Assembly (NCBI GenBank): GCA_002269645.1
Contig: NIVC01000019.1
Location: 558,001 to 622,000 of the forward strand
DNA: 64,000 bases
Reading direction: 5' to 3'
From: Macrostomum lignano
Lineage: Eukaryota
Positions 52,346-64,000 of this stretch are shown piece by piece. The translations under genes were made by a program, and so were the position numbers. Below the pieces are notes generated by a model. The model ran no database searches. It saw only the letters and a list, made by a program, of their open reading frames with translations, and was not told the origin of the DNA. Numbering within the stretch: the stretch's first letter is position 1; every line of letters starts with the position of its first letter.

Positions 52346-54988
52346 TCAGCTGGGGTCGCCGCTGCCCCGCCCGGAGTCCTCGCCGATGGCAGTCAGCAAG
52401 CTGGGCAGGAGGCGGGCAAACAGTCTCTGGGCGGCTGCCACCACCGCCTCCTCGCGCACCACTTGATTGGCCAGCCTAGCCGGCAAGCCCAGGCCTACAA
52501 AGGCCGGACAGCCGGTCGCCTTGACAACGCGCCGGCCAATCATGGCGGCCAGGCGGCGGGCAACGTCCGGGGCCGGCGATTCGGCCAGGATCTCGGCGTG
52601 CAGCGGTTCGGCCGACTGGCCGGAGTTGAAACGGTTTGGGTGGTAGGCGTGCAGCTCTGTGTGTGGGGGAGGGCAAGCGATGAGGTCACGGCTCATGTAT
52701 ATTCTCACGTCTCATGTGTATTCTCACGTCTCATGTGTATTCTCACGTCTCATGTGTACTCTGATGTCGCATGTATAGTCTCATGTATATTCTCATGTCT
52801 CATGTATATTCTCATGTCTAATGTATATTCTCATGTCTCATGTATATTCTCATGTCTAATGTATATTCTCATGTCTAATGTATATTCTCATGTCTAATGT
52901 ATATTCTCATGTCTAATGTATATTCTCATGTCTAATGTATATTCTCATGTCTCATCTATATTCTCATGTCTCGTGTATACTCTGATGTCGCATGTATAAC
53001 CTCATGTCTCATGTACATTCAGTAGGTATGCAGAGAGCGAGAGAGAGAAATCATTCTGTAAAGCTCCCTTTACTATGGCGCCGGATTTAGCGCCCTTTAT
53101 AATGGCACCGGATGTAGCGATTTTTACAATGGCGCCGGTTTAGCGCCCCTTCACACACTAGTTCCTTATTTAGCACCCCTTACACACTGGCGCAGGATTT
53201 AACGCCCCTTAAAAAGGCGCCGTATTTAGCGCCTCTTATAATGGCGCCAGATTTAACGCCCCTTATAATGGCGCCGGATTTAACGCCCCTTATAATGGCA
53301 CCGAATTTAGCGCCCTTACAATGGCGCCAGATTTAGCGCTCCTTACAATGGCGCCGGTTTAGCGCCCCGTCACACACTAGTTACGAATTTAGCACCCCTT
53401 ACACACTGGCGCATGATTTAACGCCCCTTATAAAGGCGCCGTATTTAGCGCTCCTTTTAATGGCGCAGGATTTAACGCCCCTTATAAAGGCGCCGTATTT
53501 AGCGCCCCTTATAATGGCGCCGAATTTAACGCCCCTTATAATGGCGCCGGATTTAGCGCCCATGATAATGGCGCCGTATTTAGCGCCCCTTATAATGGCG
53601 CCGGATTTAACTTCCCTTACAATGGCGCCGGATTTAATGACCCTAGTGCTGCAAAACTTAGAAAGAGGAATAAGAATAAGAATAATTTTACGAACAAGTA
53701 AAATGGAGAGTGTATAATGAGACACACCACACAGGACTACTGCATACGGAGAGGCAATACACGCACCACATACGGCACAGCGAACACACAAAGCGCAGCT
53801 GCAGTTTTACTGTTAGCTATCGCCAAGTCAACAGACAGAAAGTGCATGGCGCCAACGTGTAATAAGCATTTCTTGGTCAAAGATTTTGGAGTTAGATAGC
53901 CACTAACACTGAATGGGGGGTAGGAAAAGTCAATCGAACAGCAGATGTTTTTCAGCACCTAAGAAGATATTTTATTGCCGTCAACCAACCCTACAGCCAA
54001 TATGTCCTATACGTGCTGAACTTAGCTGGATTTTTTACCTACCTGATAGTGTAGCAAAGCTAAATAAACAGCTGGCATTCCATTCACCTGCGTGCCATTT
54101 GAGCATGATGATGCTGTGCCATTTGAGCATGATGCTGTGTGCCATTTGAGCATGATAATGTGTGCCATTTGAGCATGATGCTGTGTGCTATTTGAGCATG
54201 ATGATGCTGTGTGCTATTTGAGCATGATGCTGTGTGCCATTTGAGCATGATAATGTGTGCCATTTGAGCATGATGATGCTGTGTGCTATTTGAGCATGAT
54301 GCTGTGTGCCATTTGAGCATGATGATGCTGTGTGCTATTTGAGCATGATGCTGTGTGCCATTTGAGCATGATGCTGTGTGCCATTTGAGCATGATGCTGT
54401 GTGCCATTTGAGCATGATGCTGTGTGCCATTTGAGCATGATGCTGTGCCATTTGAACATGATGCTGTGTACCATTTGAGCATGATGCTGTGTGCCATTTG
54501 AGCATGATGCTGTGCCATTTGAGCATGATGCTGTGCCATTTGAGCATGATGTTGTGTGCCATTTGAGCATGATGTTGTGTGCCATTTGAGCATGATGCTG
54601 TGTGCCATTTGAGCATTATTCTCTGTGCCATTTGAGCATTATTCTCTGTGCCATTTGAGCATGATGCTGTGTGCCATTTGAGCATTATTCTCTGTGCCAT
54701 TTGAGCATTATTCTCTGTGCCATTTGAGCATGATGCTGTGCCATTTGAGCATGATGCTGTGCCATTTGAGCATGATGCTGTGCCATTTGAACATGCTTAG
54801 CCATTTCAGTCACCAAATGCAATTTTACCTGTAAGGCAGTCCTGAGTCGCATAGGCCAGGTGAACCATCCAGCTACCTGGCATGGCTATGACCGTCAGCT
54901 CCAAAGGTCCGACAGCTGCATCTCCATCGAAGGCGGCAGAATGCTGCTCCTGAGTCAGCCTGAATCGTTGCACAGATTCGCACTTCAT
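52346..54988 (-). CDS. Two-exon gene, probable proteasome assembly chaperone 4 (PAC4)-like, 156 aa
   Basis: Exon 54988-54829 (phase 1, GTAAAA donor) joins exon 52656-52346 (CACAG acceptor) in frame. LELTVIAMPGSWMVHL...ELHAYHPNRFNS...RLAAMIGRRVVKATGCPAFVGLGL resembles PSMG4 VHFHVMRLTDSLFLWV...NLAVAMCSRYDS...LAQRLARKTNKQVFVSYNL. The gene structure is better supported than the family call. Confidence 0.6.
52690..53020. repeat. 19-bp minisatellite GTATATTCTCATGTCTAAT, PSMG4-like intron
   Basis: Period 19 at 52861/52880. Confidence 0.92.
53070..53640. repeat. 27-bp minisatellite ATGGCGCCGGATTTAGCGCCCCTTATA, PSMG4-like intron
   Basis: 9-aa period in the ORF track; a variant block containing TCACACACTAGTT is duplicated at about 53150 and 53370. 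Confidence 0.92.
54093..54792. repeat. 21-26-bp minisatellite (core TGTGCCATTTGAGCATGATGCTG), PSMG4-like intron
   Basis: Direct reading; lies about 35 nt inside donor 54828. Confidence 0.94.
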
Positions 54989-55763
54989 CTTGCATGAAGA
55001 AATATATGCCGATATGTAGCGTTTAAAAGAACTTTTGTTGGTAAAATCAAAAAGTTGTATTTATTAATGCAAGTGGATCTGAGCACAGAGAGTTCCTATA
55101 AAATGAGACAAAATTAAAAAGACACCAAATACGACACACAGATACTACTGCAAGTAGACAACTGTACTAATTAATCATTTGTTTATTTGGGCCAAAATTC
55201 AAGTAATAATTTGTGGAATTTTATTCACAAGAATCGATTTTAGAAAGAAAAGATTTATTCGATTATAAATAAACGAACGCTAACCACATAATAACCACTA
55301 ATTAAACGTATTAACTCAGTAATAAAAACTATTAAAAAATACAAAATCATGTCATAACTTAAAGAATTTGTGATTCGGAAACTACAAGGTAAAAAAACAA
55401 ATATTTGATCAATATTTTAGGCTGCAGACGGCAAGCTCTGAGTTGCAATAAAAAATTTTATTATTATTAAAACTCCGTCCATGAATATGCGAAACTTACA
55501 TAAACCCAGCATTGCAGTCCCAAAGGATGCTCAATGCAGTCAGTCCAGTTTAATTTAACAACAGAGCAGGGAGCCAAATGGATTGCAGGAATTCTGTAGT
55601 AGATTTGATTAAAACTAAAAAAATATTGACACTCACTGTCGGTGTCATGCTAGCGGACTATTTTGGCAGACATCTGGTCACAATAAACTGAAAAATATAA
55701 AGACAAAATTAAGAAACTAAAAATTTGCTCGCGTATGATAAATAAAACATGTGACCGATGTTG

Positions 55764-55916
55764 CAGACAGACAGACAGACAGAAAGACAGACAGACAGAC
55801 ACCAAGACAGACAGGCAGACACCAAGACAGACAGGCAGACACCAAGACAGACAGACAGACAGACAGACACCAAGACAGACAGACAGACAGACAGACACTA
55901 AGACAGACAGACACTA

Positions 55917-55973
<57 letters not shown>

Positions 55974-56088
55974 CCAAGACAGACAGGCAGACACCAAGAC
56001 AGACAGGCAGACACCAAGACAGACAGACAGACAGACAGACACCAAGACAGACAGACAGACAGACAGACACTAAGACAGACAGACACTA

Positions 56089-56161
<73 letters not shown>

Positions 56162-56248
56162 CACAGACAGACAGACAGACAGACAGACATACAGACACCA
56201 AGACAGACAGACAGACAGACAGACAGACACTAAGACAGACAGACACTA

Positions 56249-56297
<49 letters not shown>

Positions 56298-56298
56298 C

Positions 56299-56371
<73 letters not shown>

Positions 56372-56402
56372 GACAGACAGACAGACAGACAGTCAGACAG
56401 TC

Positions 56403-56483
<81 letters not shown>

Positions 56484-56500
56484 GTCAGACAGACAGACAG
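55764..56500. repeat. (GACA)n microsatellite with GACACCAA/GACACTAA variants, intergenic
   Basis: Direct reading. Confidence 0.95.
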
Positions 56501-56686
56501 TCACAACAACGCAGACACAGAAGTGCAGTACAAATCGCGCATTTCCCTGGCAATGACAGCAGAAGCGGTGCACAGCTCCATCTAAGCTATTAACTGAATT
56601 GCAATTGGGGTTCACAAAGAGGAAAAATCCCTGCGGAACAAAACACAGGGCCGCACGCGCTTAACAATTGCCGAGGCGAATGAAAC

Positions 56687-59598
56687 TCAGGCCTCCCTGG
56701 AGTTCAGGTAGCTGGCATAGATCTTCACAATGCAGGCAGACATGGGCACCAGCATCCGGTCCCAGGTCTTCTGTCTCGCTTTTGTCGCGCGCATCAGCGT
56801 CGAGGTCTCCTTGGCGGCGGCCCGGTAGGTGGCCAGAAACTGCTCAACATCGTTGCAAGTCCAGCCGGCCTGAGACCACGGCTCCACCAGCTGCTCGACG
56901 GTGTCCAGGAAGAAGTCGCGCGTGTCCTTCGATGTTGTCAGGCTGAGAGCCAGCTGGGTGAGCCGGCGCAGCAGCTGCTTGTGACCCGCCTATTGTCAAA
57001 TTGGGAAAGTACACGAGTTGCACTTTTATAAATAATGTACTCTAACGCAATGTACTTCAAATTGTATTTTCATAAGTTAATGCAATTTTAACAAGGAAGC
57101 AAGGGGTTGCAGCCCAGTGGTCAGAGCGTCGGACTCGGACTCACGACTGAAAGGTCGGGGGTTCGATTCTCGACCCACTCGGACACTATTTGTGTCCTTG
57201 AGCAAGACACTTAACTCTGCATTGCTTCAGTTCACCCAGCTGTAAAAAAGGTGCCAGCATTAGCTGGGGTAATTGAGGGTGTGTGGCGACCCCCCAGTCC
57301 TTCGACTGAACAGTCGTGCGCAGCCTTCAGATGCGCCGCGCAATAGCTGCGGCTGAGCTGTCGGTTGCACATCTGCCCCATTAGGGCAGGTGTAATCAGT
57401 TTAGCTAGTTAGTCAGACAGTCAATTAACAAGGAAAGTTCACCGCTAAAAGTACATTTTGAATTGAAATATTGCTTAAAAAATGCACAGGAGCTCTGAAC
57501 ACGGTTCTACATCAAGTGGATTGCACTTTGAAATGTGGTTTAAGTGCAGTAAAAAAACACAGAATTACAACTGGTTGTAAAAGTACACGTGCACTTGAAA
57601 CTGTTGAATTGCACTTTAAAAGCAGGGCTGAAGATTCTCACCTCGAAATCAGCCATAGCTGTCTGGCTGAGCGGCGCCAGCTGCAATTTCGAAGCCAATT
57701 GGCCGCGAATCTCTTCAAGCGCCTCGCGCTCGCCCATGGCTTTCAGCTCTTTGAGGTCGCGCAGGAAATTGGCGTCAAGGTCCTGGTCCATGTCCTGGCT
57801 AGCGCAGTCCTTGCTGGAGTAGGACCAGTGCGCGATCATCTGGTTGGCGCAGTGGGCGAAGTCGTTGAATGACAAGAAGCCGAGCTTTCGCTTGCTGGTC
57901 TCGAAGCGCTGATTGGTGAGGAAGACGGCCGCGGCGTACTCTTTGGCCAGGTGCTCGGGCAGAAGGAAAAGCGCTCGGATGTTGCCCACTAGCGAGCCCT
58001 GCGGGGTGGCGCAGTTTGAGCCACTTTGGAACGTGGGAGCGATTCTAGGGCCGTGGGAGGGGGCGGTTTTTGAGGCGATGGTAGGGGGCGGATTTGAAGC
58101 AATGGTAGGGGGCGGTTTTGAGGCGATGGTAGGGGGCGGTTTTTGAGGCGATGATAGGGAGCGGTTTTGACGCGATGGTAAGGGGCAGTTTTTGAGGCAA
58201 TGGTAGGGGGCGGTTTTTGAGGCGATGGTGGGGGCGGTTGAGGCGATGGTAGGGAGCGGTTTTGACGCAATGGTAAGGGGCAGTATTTGAGGCGATGGTA
58301 GAGGGAAGTTTTGGGGGCGCGGTTCAGTGGCGGTTCAGTGGTTAGTAGGGGGGGGGGCGATTTATAGGGCGGTTTTACTGGCGGATAAGAGAGCGAAAAA
58401 TGCAAATAAAAACTCCAAGAACCTTGAGCTCTTCGACAGCTTTGAAGACGCGGCGAAGATTGTCAAACTGTCTTCTGCACGAGACTAAGGCGAGGCTGTT
58501 CCTCTCGGCCGTGTCCTCCAAGTCTCGCCGAGTTTTGGCGTTTAACTTTTTCCCAAGCAGGTCGCGCACAACGGGAGCATCAAACTGGTAATACAGCTCG
58601 ATGAGGCGGCGGACTGCGGACTCGCGAACCGGGAAGAGGCAGGCGTCTTGAAGCCGGTCGGGCACCTGGAATGGTGGAGTGGTGGAAGGATTCAAGGCTG
58701 TCACGGTGAGGCTGGCGGTGAAACATAAAAGCATGCTGTCACAGTGAGGCTGGCGGTGAAACATCAAAGCATACTCTCACAGTGAGGCTGGCGGTGAAAC
58801 ATCAAAGCATGCTGTCACAGTGAGGCTGGCGGTGAAACATCAAAGCATGCTGTCACAGTGAGGCTGGCGGTGAAACATCAAAGCATGCTGTCACAGTGAG
58901 GCTGGCGGTGAAACATCAAAGCATGCTGTCACAGTGAGGCTGGCGGTGAAACATCAAAGCATGCTGTCACAGTGAGGCTGGCGGTGAAACATCAAAGCAT
59001 GCTGTCACAGTGAGGCTGGCGGTGAAACATCAAAGCATGCTGTCACAGTGAGGCTGGCGGTGAAACATCAAAGCATGCTGTCACAGTGAGGCTGGCGGTG
59101 AAACATCAAAGCATGCTGTCACAGTGAGGCTGGCGGTGAAACATCAAAGCATGCTGTCACAGTGAGGCTGGCGGTGAAACATCAAAGCATGCTGTCACAG
59201 TAAGACTGGCGGTGAAACATCAAAGCATGCTGTCACAGTGAGGCTGGCGGTGAAACATCAAAGCATGCTGTCACAGTGAGGCTGGCGGTGAAACATCAAA
59301 GCATGCTGTCACAGTAAGACTGGCGGTGAAACATCAAAGTTGATAGCGACTTACCAAATAGACGGACAACAATTATTAACATTTTTCGTACCTGCAGATG
59401 CCGCTCCAGCAGGTCGAACACCCTGTACTCGTTAGCGATCTCGCAGCGCAGCATATCGATGGAACCCGGACAGGTCTTGAGAGCCCCGGCCCTGGTCAGC
59501 ACCTGGGCGGCCTCCGCCGGCGCCAGGCCGTTCACCCAGGTCCTGTAGGCGTCCCAGTCTATGCGCAGTTCGCCAGTCACAGAGATGTCCAGGTTCAT
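56687..59598 (-). CDS. FIBP: Acidic FGF intracellular-binding protein, 369 aa, 4 exons
   Basis: Exons 59598-59392, 58665-58423, 57998-57642, 56989-56687, all phase 0 and GT-AG. Motifs match recalled FIBP: LDISVTG...DAYRTWVNG, LIELYYQFD..VVRDLLGKKL, SCRRQFDNLRRVFKAVEE, YAAAVF..NQRFETSKRKL, DLDANFLRDLKELK. Confidence 0.95.
57099..57424 (+). mobile_element. tRNA-derived CORE-type SINE in FIBP intron 3 (antisense to the gene)
   Basis: A-box-like GCAGCCCAGTGG (about 57109-20); B-box GGTTCGATTC 57160-69; MIR-CORE-like TGTGTCCTTGAGCAAGACACTTAACTCT...CTTCAGTTCACCCAGCTGTAAAA (57191-57247); 3' stem-loop CTGCCC-catta-GGGCAG; (YAGT)-like tail; TSD TTAACAAGGAA at 57088-98 and 57425-35. Confidence 0.85.
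58060..58300. repeat. 24-25-bp G-rich minisatellite TTTTGAGGCGATGGTAGGGGGCGG, FIBP intron 2
   Basis: 8-aa period FEAMVGGG in the ORF track. Confidence 0.9.
58699..59338. repeat. 38-bp minisatellite GTGAGGCTGGCGGTGAAACATCAAAGCATGCTGTCACA, about 17 copies, FIBP intron 1
   Basis: Period 38 at 58706/58744; fills about 640 of the 726 intron nt. Confidence 0.96.
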
Positions 59599-59654
59599 GC
59601 AGGGTGGGGGGCACTGTCATGAATGCCGGCGACTGCTGCTGAGTGTGGCTGCTG

Positions 59655-60652
59655 ATTGCTGATGAGTCTGTGATGATTCCTGATGAATCTGTGATGATTC
59701 CTGATGAGTCTGTGTGATGATTACTGATGAGTCTGTGTGATGAATCCTGATGAGTCTGTGTGATGAATCCTGATGAGTCTGTGTAGTGATTGCTGATGAG
59801 TCTGTGTGATGAATCCTGATGAGTCTGTGTAGTGATTGCTGATGAGTCTGTGATAATTCCCGATGAGTCTGGCTGATGATTCCTGATGATTCTGTGTGAT
59901 GATTCCTGATGAGTCTGTGTAGTGATTGCTGATGAGTCTGTGTGATGATTCCTGGTGAATCTGTGATAATTCCCGATGAGTCTGGCTGATGATTCCTGAT
60001 GATTCTGTGTGATGATTCCTGATGATTCTGTGTGATGATTCCTGATGAGTCTGTGATGATTCCTGATGAGTCTGTGTGATGATTACTGATGAGTCTGTGT
60101 GATGATTACTGATGAGTCTGTGTGATGATTCCTGATGAGTCTGTGATGATTCCTGATGAGTCTGTGATGATTCCTGATGAGTCTGTGTGATGATTACTGA
60201 TGAGTCTGTGTGATGATTCCTGATGAGTCTGTGTGATGATTACTGATGAGTCTGTGTGATGATTCCTGATGAGTCTGGCTGATGATTCCTGATGATTCTG
60301 TGTGATGATTCCTGATGATTCTGTGTGATGATTCCTGATGATTCTGTGTGATGATTCCTGATGATTCTGTGTGATGATTCCTGATGATTCTGTGTGATGA
60401 TTCCTGATGATTCTGTGTGATGATTCCTGATGATTCTGTGTGATGATTCCTGATGATTCTGTGTGATGATTCCTGATGATTCTGTGTGATGATTCCTGAT
60501 GAGTCTGTGATGATTCCTGATGAGTCTGTGTGATGATTACTGATGAGTCTGTGATGATTCCTGATGAGTCTGTGTGATGAATCCTGATGAGTCTGTGTGA
60601 TGAATCCTGATGAGTCTGTGTGATGAATCCTGGTGAGTCTGTGTGATGATTC
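59655..60652. repeat. 21-23-bp TGA-rich minisatellite CTGATGAGTCTGTGTGATGATTC, just upstream of FIBP
   Basis: Direct reading; begins about 57 nt from the FIBP ATG. Confidence 0.94.
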
Positions 60653-61289
60653 CTAATATAATAGTACTATTGAAATAAAAGTACAAAGGCTGCCAAAGTA
60701 CAATCCAAAAACTGTATGTACTTCCAAAAGCAACACACGGTAAACGCTTATTAAAGGAAAACAAAGAATACAAACTTTAATAAATTTGCGTGGAGTAAAT
60801 TAGTTGGGAACTGTATGTTACAAATTGGAGAACTTGGTGAGAAAATATCTTACAACAGATGTTAATCGTAGAGATGCCAACAAAGCTTTATGGGCTGCAA
60901 ATAAAAGTAAGATCATTAACTAGCGGTGAAGCTCAATCAAAGTCATAGAATCATGCCAGACAATCACACGAGCCCTCCGGTTAAAAAACGATTTTGACAC
61001 AAAACTTACGACATGTAAAATGAATTCACTGGGAACATACTACTTACAATAGTGGAAAAGCGCGTTTTAAGCAAATTAATTTTTTGTCCCAAACAGTACC
61101 ACAGAAGGTAATGGGAGTCGGAGAGCGATTCTTAATGGTAAATGGTAATGGGGAATTTGAAATAGAAATTGGGGAATCCCAAATGATAACTGGGAAATCT
61201 CAAATGGTAAATAGTGGAATCTTAAATGGCAATAGGGAAATCCCAAATGATAAATGGTGAGCCCTAAATGGTAATAGAGGAATCCAAAA

Positions 61290-61700
61290 TTATACGTGGA
61301 AAATCCCAAATGGTAATAGTGGAATCCCAAATGGTAATAGTGGAATCCCAAATGGTAATAGTGGAATCCCAAATGGTAATAGTGAAATCTCAAATGGTAA
61401 TAGTGGAATCCCAAATGGTAATAGGGGAATCCCAAATAGTAATAGGGGAATCCCAAATAGTAATAGGGGAATCCCAAATAGTAATAGGGGAATCCCAAAT
61501 AGTAATAGGGGAATCCCAAATAGTAATAGGGGAATCCCAAATAGTAATAGGGGAATCCCAAATAGTAATAGGGGAATCCCAAATAGTAATAGGGGAATCC
61601 CAAATAGTAATAGGGGAATCCCAAATAGTAATAGGGGAATCCCAAATAGTAATAGGGGAATCCCAAATAGTAATAGGGGAATCCCAAATGATAACTGGGG
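61290..61700. repeat. 21-bp minisatellite AATAGTAATAGGGGAATCCCA
   Basis: 7-aa period in the ORF track. Confidence 0.94.
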
Positions 61701-61896
61701 AATACTAAATGGTGAATGAGGAATTTTAAATTTTTATTGGGGCATTGTCATTATTATTTAGATCAATTAACTTAATTTTATAACAGAAGCTTTCAGCTCT
61801 TAAACAGGTCAGCACCTATCAGGAATAGGAGCCGCATTTGTTTAGACTGTTTGAAAGTTACCTATTTGCCTAGATGGGATCCCTACATGCAACCAG

Positions 61897-64000
61897 TCAC
61901 TTGAGCTCCGCAGCCTCATCATCATCATCATCGTCTCGAAGAATTTCGTTCAGCTCCTCGGACGATTCAGACTTGGCCGCCTGAGCTGCGACTTCGTGGG
62001 TGTACAGCGGCCGGTACACGGCTAAGTCAACGCCATCGTCCTGGCGGTACACCTCGCTGTCCGTGCTGCTGCTCACTTCAACGGCAGCTTCATCTTCAAA
62101 GTCCTCCAAGTCGACGCCGCTGGCGCTGCTGTTGCTTCGGCGACGGCGATGCTGCTGCTGATGAAGAGTTGCTGCCTCGGACGATGGAGGCACCGGCTGC
62201 TGCTGCTGAGGCCGCCGCACGGTCGCCGCTGCGGCCCGAGTTGCCTCATCAGGGTCGAACTGGTCAGAATTATTCTGCTGCTGCTCCTCGTTGGGTATAC
62301 TGATGGCCTGCTGGCACATGGGGCAGGTGTCCCGCACGTGCAGCCACCTGAGCGAAGGTGGAGGTTATAGGTGAGGAAGGCTAAGAGATGAAACATTATC
62401 CTCCCAATTTGAGGATCTTTGAATTTCTCATCCCGATTTGAAAATCTATAGAGTTTCTCATCCCGATTCGAGGATTTGTGTAGTTTCTCATCCCAATTTG
62501 AGGATCTGTGTAGTTTCTCATCCCAATTTGAGGATCTGTGTAGTTTCTCATCCCAATTTGAGGATCTGTGTAGTTTCTCATCCCAATTTGAGGATCTGTG
62601 TAGTTTCTCATCCCAATTTGAGGATCTGTGTAGTTTCTCATCCCAATTTGAGGATCTGTGAATTTCTCATCCCGATTTGAGGATCTGTGTAGTTTCTCAT
62701 CCCGATTCGAGGATTTGTGAATTTCTCATCCCAATTTGAGAATTTATGAGCTTCTCATCCCAATTTGAGGATCTGTGAATTTCTCATCCCAATTTGAGGA
62801 TCTGTGAACTTCTCATCCCAATTTGAGGATCTGTGAACTTCTGAACCCAATTTGAGGATCCGTGAACTTCTGAACCCAATTTGAGGATCCGTGAACTTCT
62901 GAACCCAATTTGAGGATCTATAAACTTCTGAACCCAATTTGAGGATCTGTGAACTTCTGAACCCAATTTGAGGATCCGTGAACTTCTGAACCCAATTTGA
63001 GGATCTATAAACTTCTGAACCCAATTTGAGGATCATTTTTGTTCATGCAAACAAATTCCGCACACCTTCGCAAGCACAGCGGATGAAAATAATGCTGGCA
63101 GAGAGTCCGCTTAGCCCCGCTGAGCATGTCGCCGAAGCAGATGGCGCAGACATCGTTATGCTGACGCAGCTCCTCAGGTGTAGCATTGGGCAGCGAGCTC
63201 AGCCGCTTGGCCGCCAGGCGTCTCAGCAGGAACTTCCGCCAGCCGCTCTGCACTCGCTGCACAACGTTGAACCAGAAGTGCACAAGCAGGATGGCCAGGC
63301 TCAGGAAGCTCCAGTCGCGAGTGAAGAATTCCCTGACACCGAAGCAGACAATGACCAGGGCCACTAGCAGCTCCACTATTCGAACGCTCGACTTCACGTA
63401 GAACACCAAGTCTTCGAAGCTCTCCTCGGTGGGACCGGACCGGAAGTGGTCGTACAGAAAGAGGCAGTACAGCACCAGACTGCCTGCCGCCTGAGAAGGA
63501 CGGGATTGCAACTGTAGAATTGGGGATTTTCTGTTGGGATTTGGATTGGGATCGAAAGGCAGCCGGATGAAAATGGAACCCAGGCCAAGAAGCATCCCAA
63601 AGTCGTTTCAGAGTCGATGCAGGTAACACAGGTAAAACAGGAAAGAAGTGACTCTATGATGACTCTAAAACAACGAGATGTCGCGGTACAAGTCGCCAAA
63701 AAGTCGCTTAAGAATAAACTTGAGCCGTTTTATTGTCCGCAACTCTGAAACGACTCTGAGGCCGTTTCGGCTCTACAAACTCACTTGACACTTTAGCATT
63801 CTTGTCACGTCACGGTAACGTTTTCAACGGGGAATCGACAGAGTCCTATGCAGGTGAGCAAAAAGGAAGGAAGAGAATCATCTCTACATGAGGTGGGAGA
63901 CGTGTGAATGAGGCAAAAGTAATTGAGCTTCACCTGCAGAGCGGTCAGCAGGCAGCTAAGCGCAATTATCAGCAGCCAGAAGTCCGGCCTGAACAGGCGC
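61897..64000 (-). CDS. RNF145: RING-H2 membrane E3 ligase, RNF145/TRC8 family, last three exons (5' part outside window)
   Basis: Exons >64000-63934, 63490-63066, 62347-61897 with compatible phases. DFWLLIIALSCLLTALQ, LLVALVIV.FGV, GWRKFLLRR...LPNATPEEL..HNDVCAICFGDM...CQHYFHPLCLRRWLHVRDTCPMC match recalled RNF145 (closer than RNF139). AATAAA on minus at 61738-33. Confidence 0.88.
62398..63035. repeat. 30-bp minisatellite TTCTCATCCCAATTTGAGGATCTGTGTAGT, RNF145 last intron
   Basis: 10-aa period; a second sub-type (TTCTGAACCC) occupies the right part; fills most of the 718-nt intron. Confidence 0.95.

Noticed and set aside
59655-60652. CTGATGA repeated in tandem, as in hammerhead ribozyme cores; also CTGACGA-TTCT-GAAA at about 48587
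   Set aside because: The array lacks the GAAA segment and stems; the 48587 site cannot form stem II.

Overview
Eukaryotic, intron-rich and extremely tandem-repeat-rich DNA. The organism is inferred, not shown: the density of micro/minisatellites with GC3-rich exons resembles a free-living flatworm such as Macrostomum. Left to right: (1) a decayed BEL/Pao LTR-retrotransposon gag-protease fragment (-); (2) a transcription-factor-motif-dense promoter-like block with a splice donor; (3) an intronless DEG/ENaC channel with a frameshift in TM1 (+); (4) a 13-exon TTLL3/8-type tubulin glycylase (+) with phase-consistent junctions, in which 8 of 12 introns carry their own tandem repeat; (5) an intronless neuronal-calcium-sensor-like EF-hand gene lacking EF2 (+); (6) a 13.2-kb 24-bp satellite; (7) an accessory zone with a 77-bp hairpin repeat, a 33-bp minisatellite with 660-bp higher-order blocks, a pogo/CENP-B-type HTH fossil and a pre-miRNA-like hairpin; (8) four co-directional minus-strand genes: PAN/LamG secreted protein (frameshifted), PSMG4-like, FIBP (with an intronic CORE-SINE flanked by an 11-bp TSD) and RNF145-like (5' part outside the window). 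Most long ORFs in the supplied track are translations of tandem repeats. All protein family calls come from recalled motifs; no searches were run.
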